IMG/VR virus record: IMGVR_UViG_2579779002_000005
Source of the DNA: a virus
Lineage: Duplodnaviria > Heunggongvirae > Uroviricota > Caudoviricetes
Reading direction: 5' to 3' (one strand)
Length of the DNA: 21,051 bases
How positions within the stretch are numbered: position 1 is the stretch's first letter; the number at the start of each line of letters is the position of its first letter. Shown here piece by piece: positions 7,475-15,991 of the stretch. Made by a program: the position numbers and the translations under genes. Under the pieces are notes generated by a model that was not told the origin of the DNA, searched no databases, and saw only the letters and a list, made by a program, of their open reading frames with translations.

Positions 7475-8296
7475 CTATCGCGTTACCCTCTTTAACTGCC
7501 GCTCCGCCCATGCCTCTTCAATGTCAAACCGAACCACCAACGTATCGTAAAAGCGTTTCACTGATTTTTTCCACGTATCAAGCGTGATAGCACTCGTCAC
7601 TTTGCGTATGGCATTAAATGCCTCCGTTGATGGTAGTCTTTCACAGCCACGACCACCACAACGCTGGCAGTCTCTGATAACAGGCATACCACGTTTTACC
7701 GACTCTTCACGATGAATGGCAACACCACGCCCACGGCAGTCTTTACAGGCAGTGGAAATCTCCCCCTTCCCTTTACATTCAGGACAAGAAACTTTCACCA
7801 CCTCCCGAATTTTTTTCCATTCTTCCCAGTAAGACGGATACACACCTTTCGTACACTTTGCCCATACTGGCGGCTTGCCATCCGGATACTGAACCTTGTT
7901 TGTAAAAACTTCGCCTTCAATAAATTTTTCCCCTCGGCAACAGGGGCACTGCTTTTTACTCGCTGCGCTGCGGGCATAATCCTCAAAAGCGTACGAAGCC
8001 ATAATGCGCATCACTACCGGTTTTATTTCTGCCGGAAGTTTTCTCAACGCCGCCACACGATCGCACCGACTGAGTGCATAATCTGCCAGTAATTCTGTTG
8101 CCCGCGCCCTGTCATTCATACTGATGCCCATTTTCCCCAGGAACGCAGAAAACCCCATCTCAGCCCGATTCTGTGTCATGCCCTGCGCGGCCATCACATC
8201 AGTGATACTCAGCGCATCTTTCGACGTTGAGGCCGATGCATCAGTCAGGCCGGGGGATTTTGGGGAGTAGTATTTCGGTAAATCTTCCAGTTTCAT
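7475..8296 (-). CDS. Putative late-gene antiterminator (Q-like) with four DnaJ-type CxxCxGxG zinc-finger repeats
   Basis: 273 aa containing CPCCRGEK, CPECKGKG, CKDCRGRG and CQRCGGRG. Its start overlaps the rusA stop (ATGA), and it occupies the Q position of the DUF1364-DUF968-rusA-Q order. Confidence 0.5.
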   Translation of the reverse strand: MKLEDLPKYYSPKSPGLTDASASTSKDALSITDVMAAQGMTQNRAEMGFSAFLGKMGISMNDRARATELLADYALSRCDRVAALRKLPAEIKPVVMRIMASYAFEDYARSAASKKQCPCCRGEKFIEGEVFTNKVQYPDGKPPVWAKCTKGVYPSYWEEWKKIREVVKVSCPECKGKGEISTACKDCRGRGVAIHREESVKRGMPVIRDCQRCGGRGCERLPSTEAFNAIRKVTSAITLDTWKKSVKRFYDTLVVRFDIEEAWAERQLKRVTR

Positions 8297-8673
8297 TTTT
8301 TGACCTGCTCTTCATGCATTATGGGGTAAATCTTCACCCCCAGACGTCCACCAGATACTGGCTGACCACGAACGATATTGATTTCATCAAACTGCTCATC
8401 GTCCATTAGCAACCCCGCATGCGTCAGCGCATCCAGCGGCGCTTTCAGAATATTGTCCAGATCACGGCGGCGCTTATCCGGTGGTTCTGCAATAATTTTT
8501 ATTGCCAACCTTCCGGACAGGCTTAATTTCAGCCGCTGCTGGCGAACAATAAGCGCCACTGCCCGGCGATAACGCTCCCCGGCTTTTGATACAAAATATG
8601 TGCTGCCACGACGACGCCAGTAAGTGTTCACCGTTGGCGGGTAAGGCAAAACAAATTCTATGCGTTCAGTCAT
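8293..8673 (-). CDS. rusA: Holliday junction resolvase RusA
   Basis: 126 aa; RRRDLDN and HAGLLMDDEQ match the RusA catalytic aspartate region; typical lambdoid position just upstream of Q. Confidence 0.85.
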   Translation of the reverse strand: MTERIEFVLPYPPTVNTYWRRRGSTYFVSKAGERYRRAVALIVRQQRLKLSLSGRLAIKIIAEPPDKRRRDLDNILKAPLDALTHAGLLMDDEQFDEINIVRGQPVSGGRLGVKIYPIMHEEQVKK

Positions 8674-9732
8674 TTATGCTTTCCACTTCAGAACACCCGA
8701 ATTTCTCGCGTGCATTAAAAAACGAATCAGCAACAACAGCTGGCTGCCGTGTTTTTCTTCAAAATCTTTTACCCCGGCGTGTAGTTCGCTATGGCATTTA
8801 CGGCACAGCGGAATAACAAACAAATCATCAGCCTTTGTTCCCATCCCTCCCAGTCCATGACCAATGATGTGATGCGGATCATCTGCCTGATTGCCACACG
8901 TCATGCATTTCTGCGTTTTTACCCAGCGCGTGTATACAGGCATCTCTTCCCGTTGTGATTTCTGGCGCTGGAGATACTGAGCCGGTGACTCGGGATCAAC
9001 GGCAATGCTGACCACCGTCTTTTCCTGTGGTGGGTTCTGTTGCTGGTGGGCGTGAGGCAGCGGCGCAAGATTTTTTGTGCGCTGTTTCAGTATGCTGGTG
9101 GCGGTCTGCTCTCCCGGTATGATGTCGCTTTCACTGTACACAGAGCGAATTTTTTCCGCACGCAACCCCAGCGAACGACGTAATACCGCTTCCGGTAGCG
9201 CGTCCGCCACCTGATTGCGGACCGCCCACCAGGATAATTCAGCCAGAGATAATTCACGCTCCTGCGTACCGCTTATTGCGTGACCGATGACGTCAATCAT
9301 CCATGCTGACAGGTTTTGATGAGCAAGTTGCCCGAGTGATTCGGATGTCTGGTCACGCAGCTGGTTGTCGCAGTGCCAGCACAACACCATTGCGCCGGTA
9401 CCATAACGGTGAATGACGGTTTCGCTGTGATGATAATCGCCGTGTGGCCACTGGCAGGATTTAATATGGCGCAACAGCCAGTCAGACAATGCACCAGCAC
9501 CACCAGCAGCACGAATCACCCGTGCGTTACTGAAAAACGGCAGCAATGTTTTGTCTTCCACCAGCGGCTGGCGAGCGGCAGGAACGACCCCGGACGGCAG
9601 ATTACGCATGCTTTTTGGTTCCGGCTCCACCAGTATTCTGCCGTTATGGAATGCTGACATTGATTCACGGCCTGGCTTAACGATAACCAGACCGAGTTCC
9701 GGTACCAGAACAGATCGAAGTAATACCCGCAC
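8674..9732 (-). CDS. DUF968-like phage protein (YdfU-like) with a C-terminal HNH-like Cys/His motif
   Basis: 352-aa ORF (the first codon appears to be GTG; an ATG lies 24 codons in). C-terminal CMTCGNQADDPHHIIGHG...CRKCHSELH. Synteny with rusA as in Qin and DLP12 prophages. Confidence 0.55.
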   Translation of the reverse strand: MRVLLRSVLVPELGLVIVKPGRESMSAFHNGRILVEPEPKSMRNLPSGVVPAARQPLVEDKTLLPFFSNARVIRAAGGAGALSDWLLRHIKSCQWPHGDYHHSETVIHRYGTGAMVLCWHCDNQLRDQTSESLGQLAHQNLSAWMIDVIGHAISGTQERELSLAELSWWAVRNQVADALPEAVLRRSLGLRAEKIRSVYSESDIIPGEQTATSILKQRTKNLAPLPHAHQQQNPPQEKTVVSIAVDPESPAQYLQRQKSQREEMPVYTRWVKTQKCMTCGNQADDPHHIIGHGLGGMGTKADDLFVIPLCRKCHSELHAGVKDFEEKHGSQLLLLIRFLMHARNSGVLKWKA

Positions 9733-9733
9733 A

Positions 9734-10012
9734 TTACCTCCAGATCCGTTGCTGGAATGTGCGGGACGGACGCGCTGGCCGTTCTGAGTAAGGGAGCCTG
9801 ACGGAGATTATCCAGTGACGGTAGTCGAGGCTAAGGGCTTTTTTAACCTCGCATCCGCGCCCGCGGTAACACTGAATGAGCCATTCAGCCTGTTCTTCGG
9901 TGCAGGGGTCGTGCTGATACCAGTCAGATTTGAATGCATGAGAACGCCGCCCGTGCCTGCTGGCAGGGGCGGCAGAGTTATCCGAATTGTAAAATTTGGT
10001 ATCGTGCGCCAT
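9734..10012 (-). CDS. Small phage protein, DUF1364/YbcO-like by position
   Basis: 92-aa ORF abutting the DUF968-like gene. Family assignment rests on synteny and memory only. Confidence 0.4.
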   Translation of the reverse strand: MAHDTKFYNSDNSAAPASRHGRRSHAFKSDWYQHDPCTEEQAEWLIQCYRGRGCEVKKALSLDYRHWIISVRLPYSERPARPSRTFQQRIWR

Positions 10013-10279
10013 CTGTTTTCTCTGCTGGCGCAGCAGGTGCCAGTTGTTCAGGCTGACGTATGAAGTATAAATAAACTGGCTCCAGTGTAAAGCCCCACCT
10101 TAATGGAATAAAAACCAAACAACAGATTGCTGGGATAAAAATACAACGCTTATTATTAAAAGCGGTTAGATAAATTAAATTTTAATGTTATGCAAATCTG
10201 CCAGATTAGCATAATATTTCATTTGAAAACCGCTGAAATAACAATCTTATCGGGATTAATCATATTAAGGTGAGTAAAT

Positions 10280-10366
10280 ATGGAAAACAACAAATCTGCA
10301 CATTACGCTCCTTTTTTATCTGTAATACTTTTTGTATTTTGTTGTGTATGGGCGGTATTTTTATAA
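10280..10366 (+). CDS. 28-aa small hydrophobic peptide (MENNKSAHYAPFLSVILFVFCCVWAVFL)
   Basis: AAGGTGAG Shine-Dalgarno 8 nt upstream of the ATG; a single predicted transmembrane helix; followed by the 10384..10410 hairpin. Below the 60-aa cutoff of the ORF track. Convergent with the protease gene. Confidence 0.3.
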   Translation: MENNKSAHYAPFLSVILFVFCCVWAVFL

Positions 10367-10383
10367 AACACACCCACAAATAA

Positions 10384-10410
10384 ATCAAACCCGCTACAGC
10401 GGGTTTGATT
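10384..10410 (-). terminator. Rho-independent terminator ending the ATPase-protease operon (shared hairpin with the convergent small ORF)
   Basis: Minus strand aaacccgc tgta gcgggttt followed by GATTTATTTGT, 11 bp after the protease stop. Confidence 0.6.
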
Positions 10411-10420
10411 TATATAGTTG

Positions 10421-12685
10421 TTATACGGAAACTGGCACACGAGCAGGCAATGGATAGTGAGCCCAGTTATTAGCATTTAAAGCTCTTACGCCATCAGCAT
10501 AAACTTGTGTTTTTCCATCTAATGATTTTAAAGTTACTACAATAGTTACAGGTAAAGGCTCCATTAAGGCCGGTTCATTCGCTCTCAACGTTGTTTTAGC
10601 TTGAAGAGCCCAGTTACCCGAAGTAATTCCTTTATTAAATGCCTTGCGATGAATTTTTACTGGTGACCACTTTCCACCATGCTCAATTTGAGCTCTCTCA
10701 TATCCAGATTGACCGTTTTCTCCTTCCATAGGTACTTTTCCTTTTATAGTATTATTCTCAATTAAGCCAAAACTTAGCTCTACGTTCGCGCGAACATATT
10801 CACTGCCGGCATTAGGGTTCAGTGGTGGTGCATATGCAGCAGTAATTACAATCTCACCTTTAAATTTTCCATTTTGAATAAGTGCCGATGGTATGGGATA
10901 GTTTTCCTTTCTCCACCTCACCCCAGGAACCAAGAATGTTTGGAAAATCAGAGTAAACCTATCATCACTATCATATAAGGTCTCAATAACCTCATTAGGA
11001 ATTCCCGCTCCCAAATAGCGTCTTTCACTTGGCGAGTAATCAGGAGAAGATAATTGAGCGGAATGAATTAATAATGCTTTAATCAATGATGGTGAAACAT
11101 TAAAGTCTGAATTAGTGGCTATTCTCTGCCATGTATGCGCAGCTAAACTTGCCACAATTGGAGCAGCAAAACTAGTACCAAAATTAGAGCAAAGCCTATT
11201 ATCTGGCCCTACGACCTTTAAACTGCTTGCTCCTACATTCCAAGGTCTATGAACCCCACCGCCAGCATGGATTATATCTGGCTTTGGAGTAAATACAGGC
11301 CCAGGGCCACGACGAGTATATGGTGTCGGTGTTCCAATTTCACTTAAAGCATCATTAGCTTCCATATGAGAAACTGAACCAACTGTTAGTGCTCGGACTG
11401 ACTCTCCAGGAGAGGAAATTAAATCAGCACCTCCAAGCGGATCAGGATTTGGCCATGTACGTATAGGTTCATCTACATAATTACCTGCAGCAACTACAAA
11501 CAAAATACCAAATTTATCGCTGAGCCGATCTAACTCCATCGCAAAATCACTAAACATCTGCTCATTACATGGTCCGCCTCCCAAAGATAAATTCCAGACT
11601 TTTATATCTGGTCTTTTATTTACAGCATCTGCTAGCCTCAGAATTAAATCTGATATATAAGATCCATTTTCATCTAAAGCACAAACATCATGGATTTTAG
11701 ATTTTGTATCAGGAATCCATGGATGATTGTCATTTAAAAAATGAGCGCCTGATATCAATGAAGACACCATAGTCCCATGTTCATAACTCGTATCAGGAGG
11801 AATTACGTATGTTTCCCTACTCACTACCCAAGGAGTAATTGTTGCCGCGATGGGGCTTACCCCAGTGTCAAATACAGCAACAATGGGTAATTCTTCTGAT
11901 GGTACGGGAAAGCTATTTGTTTCAATGCCAACAGAATCACTTACACTAACCGGGAATGCTGAATATTTTGGTTCTGGAATTAACGTTCTTATACCCGGGT
12001 AATCAATGAGAATGTCTAATATATATCTATCATTTGGGGATAAATCCATTATCCTTAATAAGGGAAGACCACATTTTGGTCTAATCTCATCATATTTAAC
12101 TCCGTGTTGTTCTAATATAGAAATAACGTTTTCATAGTTGTTGTAAGTTGCATCTTCACCTGTGTACTCAAATAGTCGTACAAGGATGTTTGATGATTCA
12201 AACAAACCATCAGTGCCTCCTGGAACCTTCCTATTCTCATCCCAAGGTTCAATGCGCTCAATCGCGCTTAGATTAGCCAAAATCGCTTTAATATTCCGAT
12301 GTAAAATGACTGACTCTAATACGTCAAAACAGCCGGCATGAGCAGCAACCAACATTTCATCTATTTTGGCATGACCGGCATTTTGCAATCCAGCCTCTTG
12401 AGCAATTTTGTTCGGCCTATGCGTTTTGGCTATTCCCTGGTCTCTTAATTTGAAAACCAAAGTACCCAAGCTTCCAGGGTACTCTGAAAGTTTGGATTCT
12501 AAATAATGTTTACTGGTTGTTAAATTTCTTACTAGCCCTTGTCTATATTCGGCTGTTACATCAACCAATACCTTTGCCCCACCGCCAGCGTTTACTATTG
12601 CACCCAAGTCACTACTGGAAAAAGGGATTCTTAACATTGGGTTTGTAACTTTTGCGTTACTAAACTGTGTACCCCTTCTGCTCAT
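10421..12685 (-). CDS. Subtilisin-like serine protease (peptidase S8) with large N- and C-terminal extensions; probably cytoplasmic
   Basis: 754 aa. Catalytic residues in D-H-S order: VAVFD273TG, YEH303GT, oxyanion AAGN402Y, GTS505FAAP. No N-terminal signal peptide is apparent. The ORF overlaps the upstream ATPase gene by 26 bp. Confidence 0.85.
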   Translation of the reverse strand: MSRRGTQFSNAKVTNPMLRIPFSSSDLGAIVNAGGGAKVLVDVTAEYRQGLVRNLTTSKHYLESKLSEYPGSLGTLVFKLRDQGIAKTHRPNKIAQEAGLQNAGHAKIDEMLVAAHAGCFDVLESVILHRNIKAILANLSAIERIEPWDENRKVPGGTDGLFESSNILVRLFEYTGEDATYNNYENVISILEQHGVKYDEIRPKCGLPLLRIMDLSPNDRYILDILIDYPGIRTLIPEPKYSAFPVSVSDSVGIETNSFPVPSEELPIVAVFDTGVSPIAATITPWVVSRETYVIPPDTSYEHGTMVSSLISGAHFLNDNHPWIPDTKSKIHDVCALDENGSYISDLILRLADAVNKRPDIKVWNLSLGGGPCNEQMFSDFAMELDRLSDKFGILFVVAAGNYVDEPIRTWPNPDPLGGADLISSPGESVRALTVGSVSHMEANDALSEIGTPTPYTRRGPGPVFTPKPDIIHAGGGVHRPWNVGASSLKVVGPDNRLCSNFGTSFAAPIVASLAAHTWQRIATNSDFNVSPSLIKALLIHSAQLSSPDYSPSERRYLGAGIPNEVIETLYDSDDRFTLIFQTFLVPGVRWRKENYPIPSALIQNGKFKGEIVITAAYAPPLNPNAGSEYVRANVELSFGLIENNTIKGKVPMEGENGQSGYERAQIEHGGKWSPVKIHRKAFNKGITSGNWALQAKTTLRANEPALMEPLPVTIVVTLKSLDGKTQVYADGVRALNANNWAHYPLPARVPVSV

Positions 12686-13814
12686 ATGCTCCTGACTCCT
12701 TCAGAATGTTTGAAATTACTCTTGATGTAAGTTTGTACAAATTAGCAAGAACTCTGATAGAAAATAATTTTTTATCTTTAGAACGTAACCAACGAATTTC
12801 ATCTTCGTAAGTGCTTAAATTTACACCTTCCATAAGCGATTGCGCAAGATACAAACGCCTATACAATTTATGGTGATTTATCACACTTGCACCTTCAATA
12901 ACTGCATCCCTACGTGCATCCAAGCTCACCTGTTCAATTATTGCTCCGGATAATCCCTCCGATTTTCTTGATAAATCACTTAAATCTAGATCGCTACATA
13001 TCATATTCTTTAAACGATTTTTCCAAATTAACTCTCTCTGATGTATGTCAGGCAGAGGCATTGGAATTCTGAAGCTAAATCGCCTCCAGATTGCAGGATC
13101 CAGAAGTTGCTCATGGTTAGTTGAGGCAATAATTACCGTATCCTCTGATGCCGCATCCATATTCTGCAATAGTGAAATGACAACTCGCTGAAGCTCACCT
13201 ATATCTCTCTCATTACCTCTTGCTCCAGCTAAAGCATCAAATTCGTCTAAAAAAAGCACTGATGGCCTCTGCATTACATAATCGAAAACCTGTCTAAGAT
13301 TTTTGCTGGTTTGTCCCAATAAACTACTAATCAAAGTATCGCAACGCACTGTAAGAAGTGGAAAATCTAAGCGGGTAGCGATGTACTTAGATAACATAGT
13401 CTTACCTGTTCCTGGCTTTCCATACACGAGCATACGACTCGGCAATGCTGCATCAGCTTTAACAAACTCATCATAACGTTGAACATTAGTGATAAACTCT
13501 TCAACACGGGTACTGATTGCTGCAGGCAGAAAAATCTCTGAACTGTCTAATTTAGGATAACTGACATCAACAGTGTTGAGTCGACTATCAATATCTACCG
13601 GTAATGAGCCCAGAGATATCCCACCTCCAGCCCTTTGAGCTCCTGCCAACGCCTGGGGAGCTCTAAGCAACCTTTCTCTTATCATTCTGGCTTGCTTGAC
13701 CTCCCCTTTTTGTTCGAGCTTATCTGCCAGCAACCCAGCATAATTACTAGCCATCGAAGCATTTGCCTTTGTTGCACCTTCAATGATTTTTAACACTTCT
13801 GATAAATAATCCAT
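12660..13814 (-). CDS. AAA+ ATPase (classical AAA clade)
   Basis: 384 aa. Walker A GKPGTGKT (K138), Walker B VLFLDEFD, sensor-1 IIASTNH, arginine-finger region DPAIWRRF. GGGAG ribosome-binding site upstream of the ATG. Confidence 0.85.
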   Translation of the reverse strand: MDYLSEVLKIIEGATKANASMASNYAGLLADKLEQKGEVKQARMIRERLLRAPQALAGAQRAGGGISLGSLPVDIDSRLNTVDVSYPKLDSSEIFLPAAISTRVEEFITNVQRYDEFVKADAALPSRMLVYGKPGTGKTMLSKYIATRLDFPLLTVRCDTLISSLLGQTSKNLRQVFDYVMQRPSVLFLDEFDALAGARGNERDIGELQRVVISLLQNMDAASEDTVIIASTNHEQLLDPAIWRRFSFRIPMPLPDIHQRELIWKNRLKNMICSDLDLSDLSRKSEGLSGAIIEQVSLDARRDAVIEGASVINHHKLYRRLYLAQSLMEGVNLSTYEDEIRWLRSKDKKLFSIRVLANLYKLTSRVISNILKESGAYEQKGYTV

Positions 13815-14007
13815 TCAACACTCCCACAACAAAAAGCCACAGCAATCAAAAAATGAGCACACAGAATCAAAATACTCTCTAATCGTAACGCATTTTGAGA
13901 TTTTTGATACGTTTTTTTGGGATTATGTAACGCCAAATGGTCATTTTGTGTCAGAAAAATAAATCTTAGTACCGAGAATATGTAGCTTCCATCCTTCATC
14001 GTTCTAT

Positions 14008-14439
14008 TCATCCCTGATCTCCAAGCCTCTCTCGAAAACCATTCTGATAAAACGCCAGCACACGCTGCATAACTTCGCTCTTCCGGCACTCGCGACAGAT
14101 TATGTTCAGACGCCTGTCGTAGCGGCGTATTTCTCCGTCTGGTAATGACCAGATAAGGTCCGGATCAACCACAGATGGTTTCTTCACCTTTGCCCTGGAT
14201 AGTTTTTTGCGGGCATTTTGCCAGTCCTTACGAGCCTGTTCAGACGGGAATAACCCGTAACCAGAGTTGTATACATCGCCACTGGCAACCAGCTCTCTGG
14301 CGAGAACGCTCATCAGATATCTTGTCGCACCTGTCTTGGCTTCCAGTTGCCGTAACGTCTCGCGCCCACTCCGGCGTACTAGCTCAACAACCTGCCCTTT
14401 AATTTTTTCCCGCTCTTCTTGTGTAAATACTTTTGCCAT
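14008..14439 (-). CDS. Hypothetical phage protein with putative HTH (about 143 aa)
   Basis: Start chosen at MAKVF, which has a GGAGG Shine-Dalgarno 5-6 nt upstream. Contains TLRQLEAKTGATRYLMSVLAREL and a CRECRK motif. No family recognised. Confidence 0.5.
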   Translation of the reverse strand: MAKVFTQEEREKIKGQVVELVRRSGRETLRQLEAKTGATRYLMSVLARELVASGDVYNSGYGLFPSEQARKDWQNARKKLSRAKVKKPSVVDPDLIWSLPDGEIRRYDRRLNIICRECRKSEVMQRVLAFYQNGFRERLGDQG

Positions 14440-14454
14440 AAGCGCCTCCGGCAA

Positions 14455-15216
14455 TCACTTTTCCGATACAACACGGCGGGAAGAATCAGTAATCTGTCGA
14501 ACAATATCCCGGTGCTTGTTCAGCTCCCGCAGCGCGGCGCAGACTCGCTCCCACTTCTGGACATGATTTTTCGCCCGACGCAGTTCGCGGTTTGCCATAT
14601 GCAGTGATGGTAAAACCAGGTCATCCGCTCGCGTTTCAGTAAACGATGGCAGCGACTGCACAATGTCCGCCACAGTTTCTGTTTTAATATCTTCCTGTGT
14701 TGCAGCCTCCTGTACTGGTAACGCAACACCTGCGGTATGAGGAAAGGCCTTACCATCAGTTTCCGCTACCGATGCTGCTTTCGGCTCTGCTGGTAAATTA
14801 TCGCCCGGTATGCAGTAACGAAATTTACCGCCCTGATTTACGCGAATCAGACGACCTTTGCTGATTGCCATTGCCAGCGTTGAAGCCACTTTGCGTGATG
14901 TGGTACCAAACAATGTAGCCAGCTCATCAGCCATTTGTGGTCCTCGTTGTTCAATCGTCGCGGTTAAATCGCACTCTGAGATTTTCGCTACTGTTGCTGT
15001 GGTGATTTCTTCCGGCAGTTCTGCCTGCGCTGGCTGTTCCTGCTGAACGTTGTTATCAGCCACACGCCAGGTGTACGCGCTTTTATCAACAAAACCAGCC
15101 TTTTTCAGTTCCCATAGTTCGTTCAGCACTTCTTCACGACTGATATCAAGTCGCGCAGCAAGTTCTATGGATGTGGCTTTTCCCATTGCTTTCAGTGCGT
15201 CAAAAACAGTCTCCAT
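14455..15216 (-). CDS. Hypothetical phage protein with two winged-helix-like segments (about 253 aa)
   Basis: Start chosen at METVFDAL (purine-rich site upstream). Two segments resemble winged-helix folds ([28 protein letters not shown] and [28 protein letters not shown]). Lies downstream of the DnaC-like gene. Confidence 0.5.
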   Translation of the reverse strand: METVFDALKAMGKATSIELAARLDISREEVLNELWELKKAGFVDKSAYTWRVADNNVQQEQPAQAELPEEITTATVAKISECDLTATIEQRGPQMADELATLFGTTSRKVASTLAMAISKGRLIRVNQGGKFRYCIPGDNLPAEPKAASVAETDGKAFPHTAGVALPVQEAATQEDIKTETVADIVQSLPSFTETRADDLVLPSLHMANRELRRAKNHVQKWERVCAALRELNKHRDIVRQITDSSRRVVSEK

Positions 15217-15238
15217 TAAATTTTTCTCCCGGTAAAAA

Positions 15239-15985
15239 TTACTTCGCAATTCCTGGCTGGACGACATTCGGACGCCAGCTCTCCCAGTTAAAATTCACCC
15301 ATAGCCCGCCGTTCATGGTCATGCGATCCATAATCCGCTCGCCGAGCAATGTTTTCATGGCCTCATAGTTCAGGTTTGTCAGCATCCCCACGCTGCGCAT
15401 CGACGCTGTCCGGCGATCAACAATCTGGTGCAGTACCACCTGCTCGTTTTTCGTCTCGCGCTGAATGCCAATTTCATCAAGAACCAGCAGATCCACTTCG
15501 CACAGTTCCCGCAAAAATTTTTCGCCTGACTGCCCATCGTCATAGCTGGCGTGGAGGGCACTCATAACATCAGCCACGGTAACCACAATCACTGTCTGAC
15601 CGTCTTTCAGCAGGCGATTCCCGATAGCTGCTGCTAAGTGGTTCTTCCCGGTACCAGGTTTTCCGCTAAACGCGAAATTTGTGCATCCGGTCATCAGTTC
15701 ATCAGCGATAGATTTCGCCTGGCTCAACGCGTATCGCTGACCGTCGTTCTGCACCTGGTAATTCGCAAACGAGCATTTACGGTGCAACGGCTGGATGCCT
15801 GAGCGATTCAGAATTTTTTCCACCCGCAACTGGCGATTCAGGCGGTTGATCTCCTCGCTACGTTTCTGGCCTTCAGCAAGTTGCCACTCGTGCCACTCCG
15901 CTACCGTTCTGAATGGGGCGGTTACATGTGGCGGAGCCAGTCTTCGGATACGTTCAAGAACGCCGCCTGCCGCAATGTTTTTCAT
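15239..15985 (-). CDS. DnaC-like replicative helicase loader (AAA+)
   Basis: 248 aa. Walker [18 protein letters not shown], Walker [10 protein letters not shown]. Immediately downstream of the replication initiator. Confidence 0.85.
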   Translation of the reverse strand: MKNIAAGGVLERIRRLAPPHVTAPFRTVAEWHEWQLAEGQKRSEEINRLNRQLRVEKILNRSGIQPLHRKCSFANYQVQNDGQRYALSQAKSIADELMTGCTNFAFSGKPGTGKNHLAAAIGNRLLKDGQTVIVVTVADVMSALHASYDDGQSGEKFLRELCEVDLLVLDEIGIQRETKNEQVVLHQIVDRRTASMRSVGMLTNLNYEAMKTLLGERIMDRMTMNGGLWVNFNWESWRPNVVQPGIAK

Positions 15986-15991
15986 GACACG

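Noticed and set aside
13790-14089. 99-aa minus-strand ORF across the ATPase upstream region
   Set aside because: Overlaps the ATPase start and the AT-rich promoter region, has no ribosome-binding site and a low-complexity product; likely a chance ORF.
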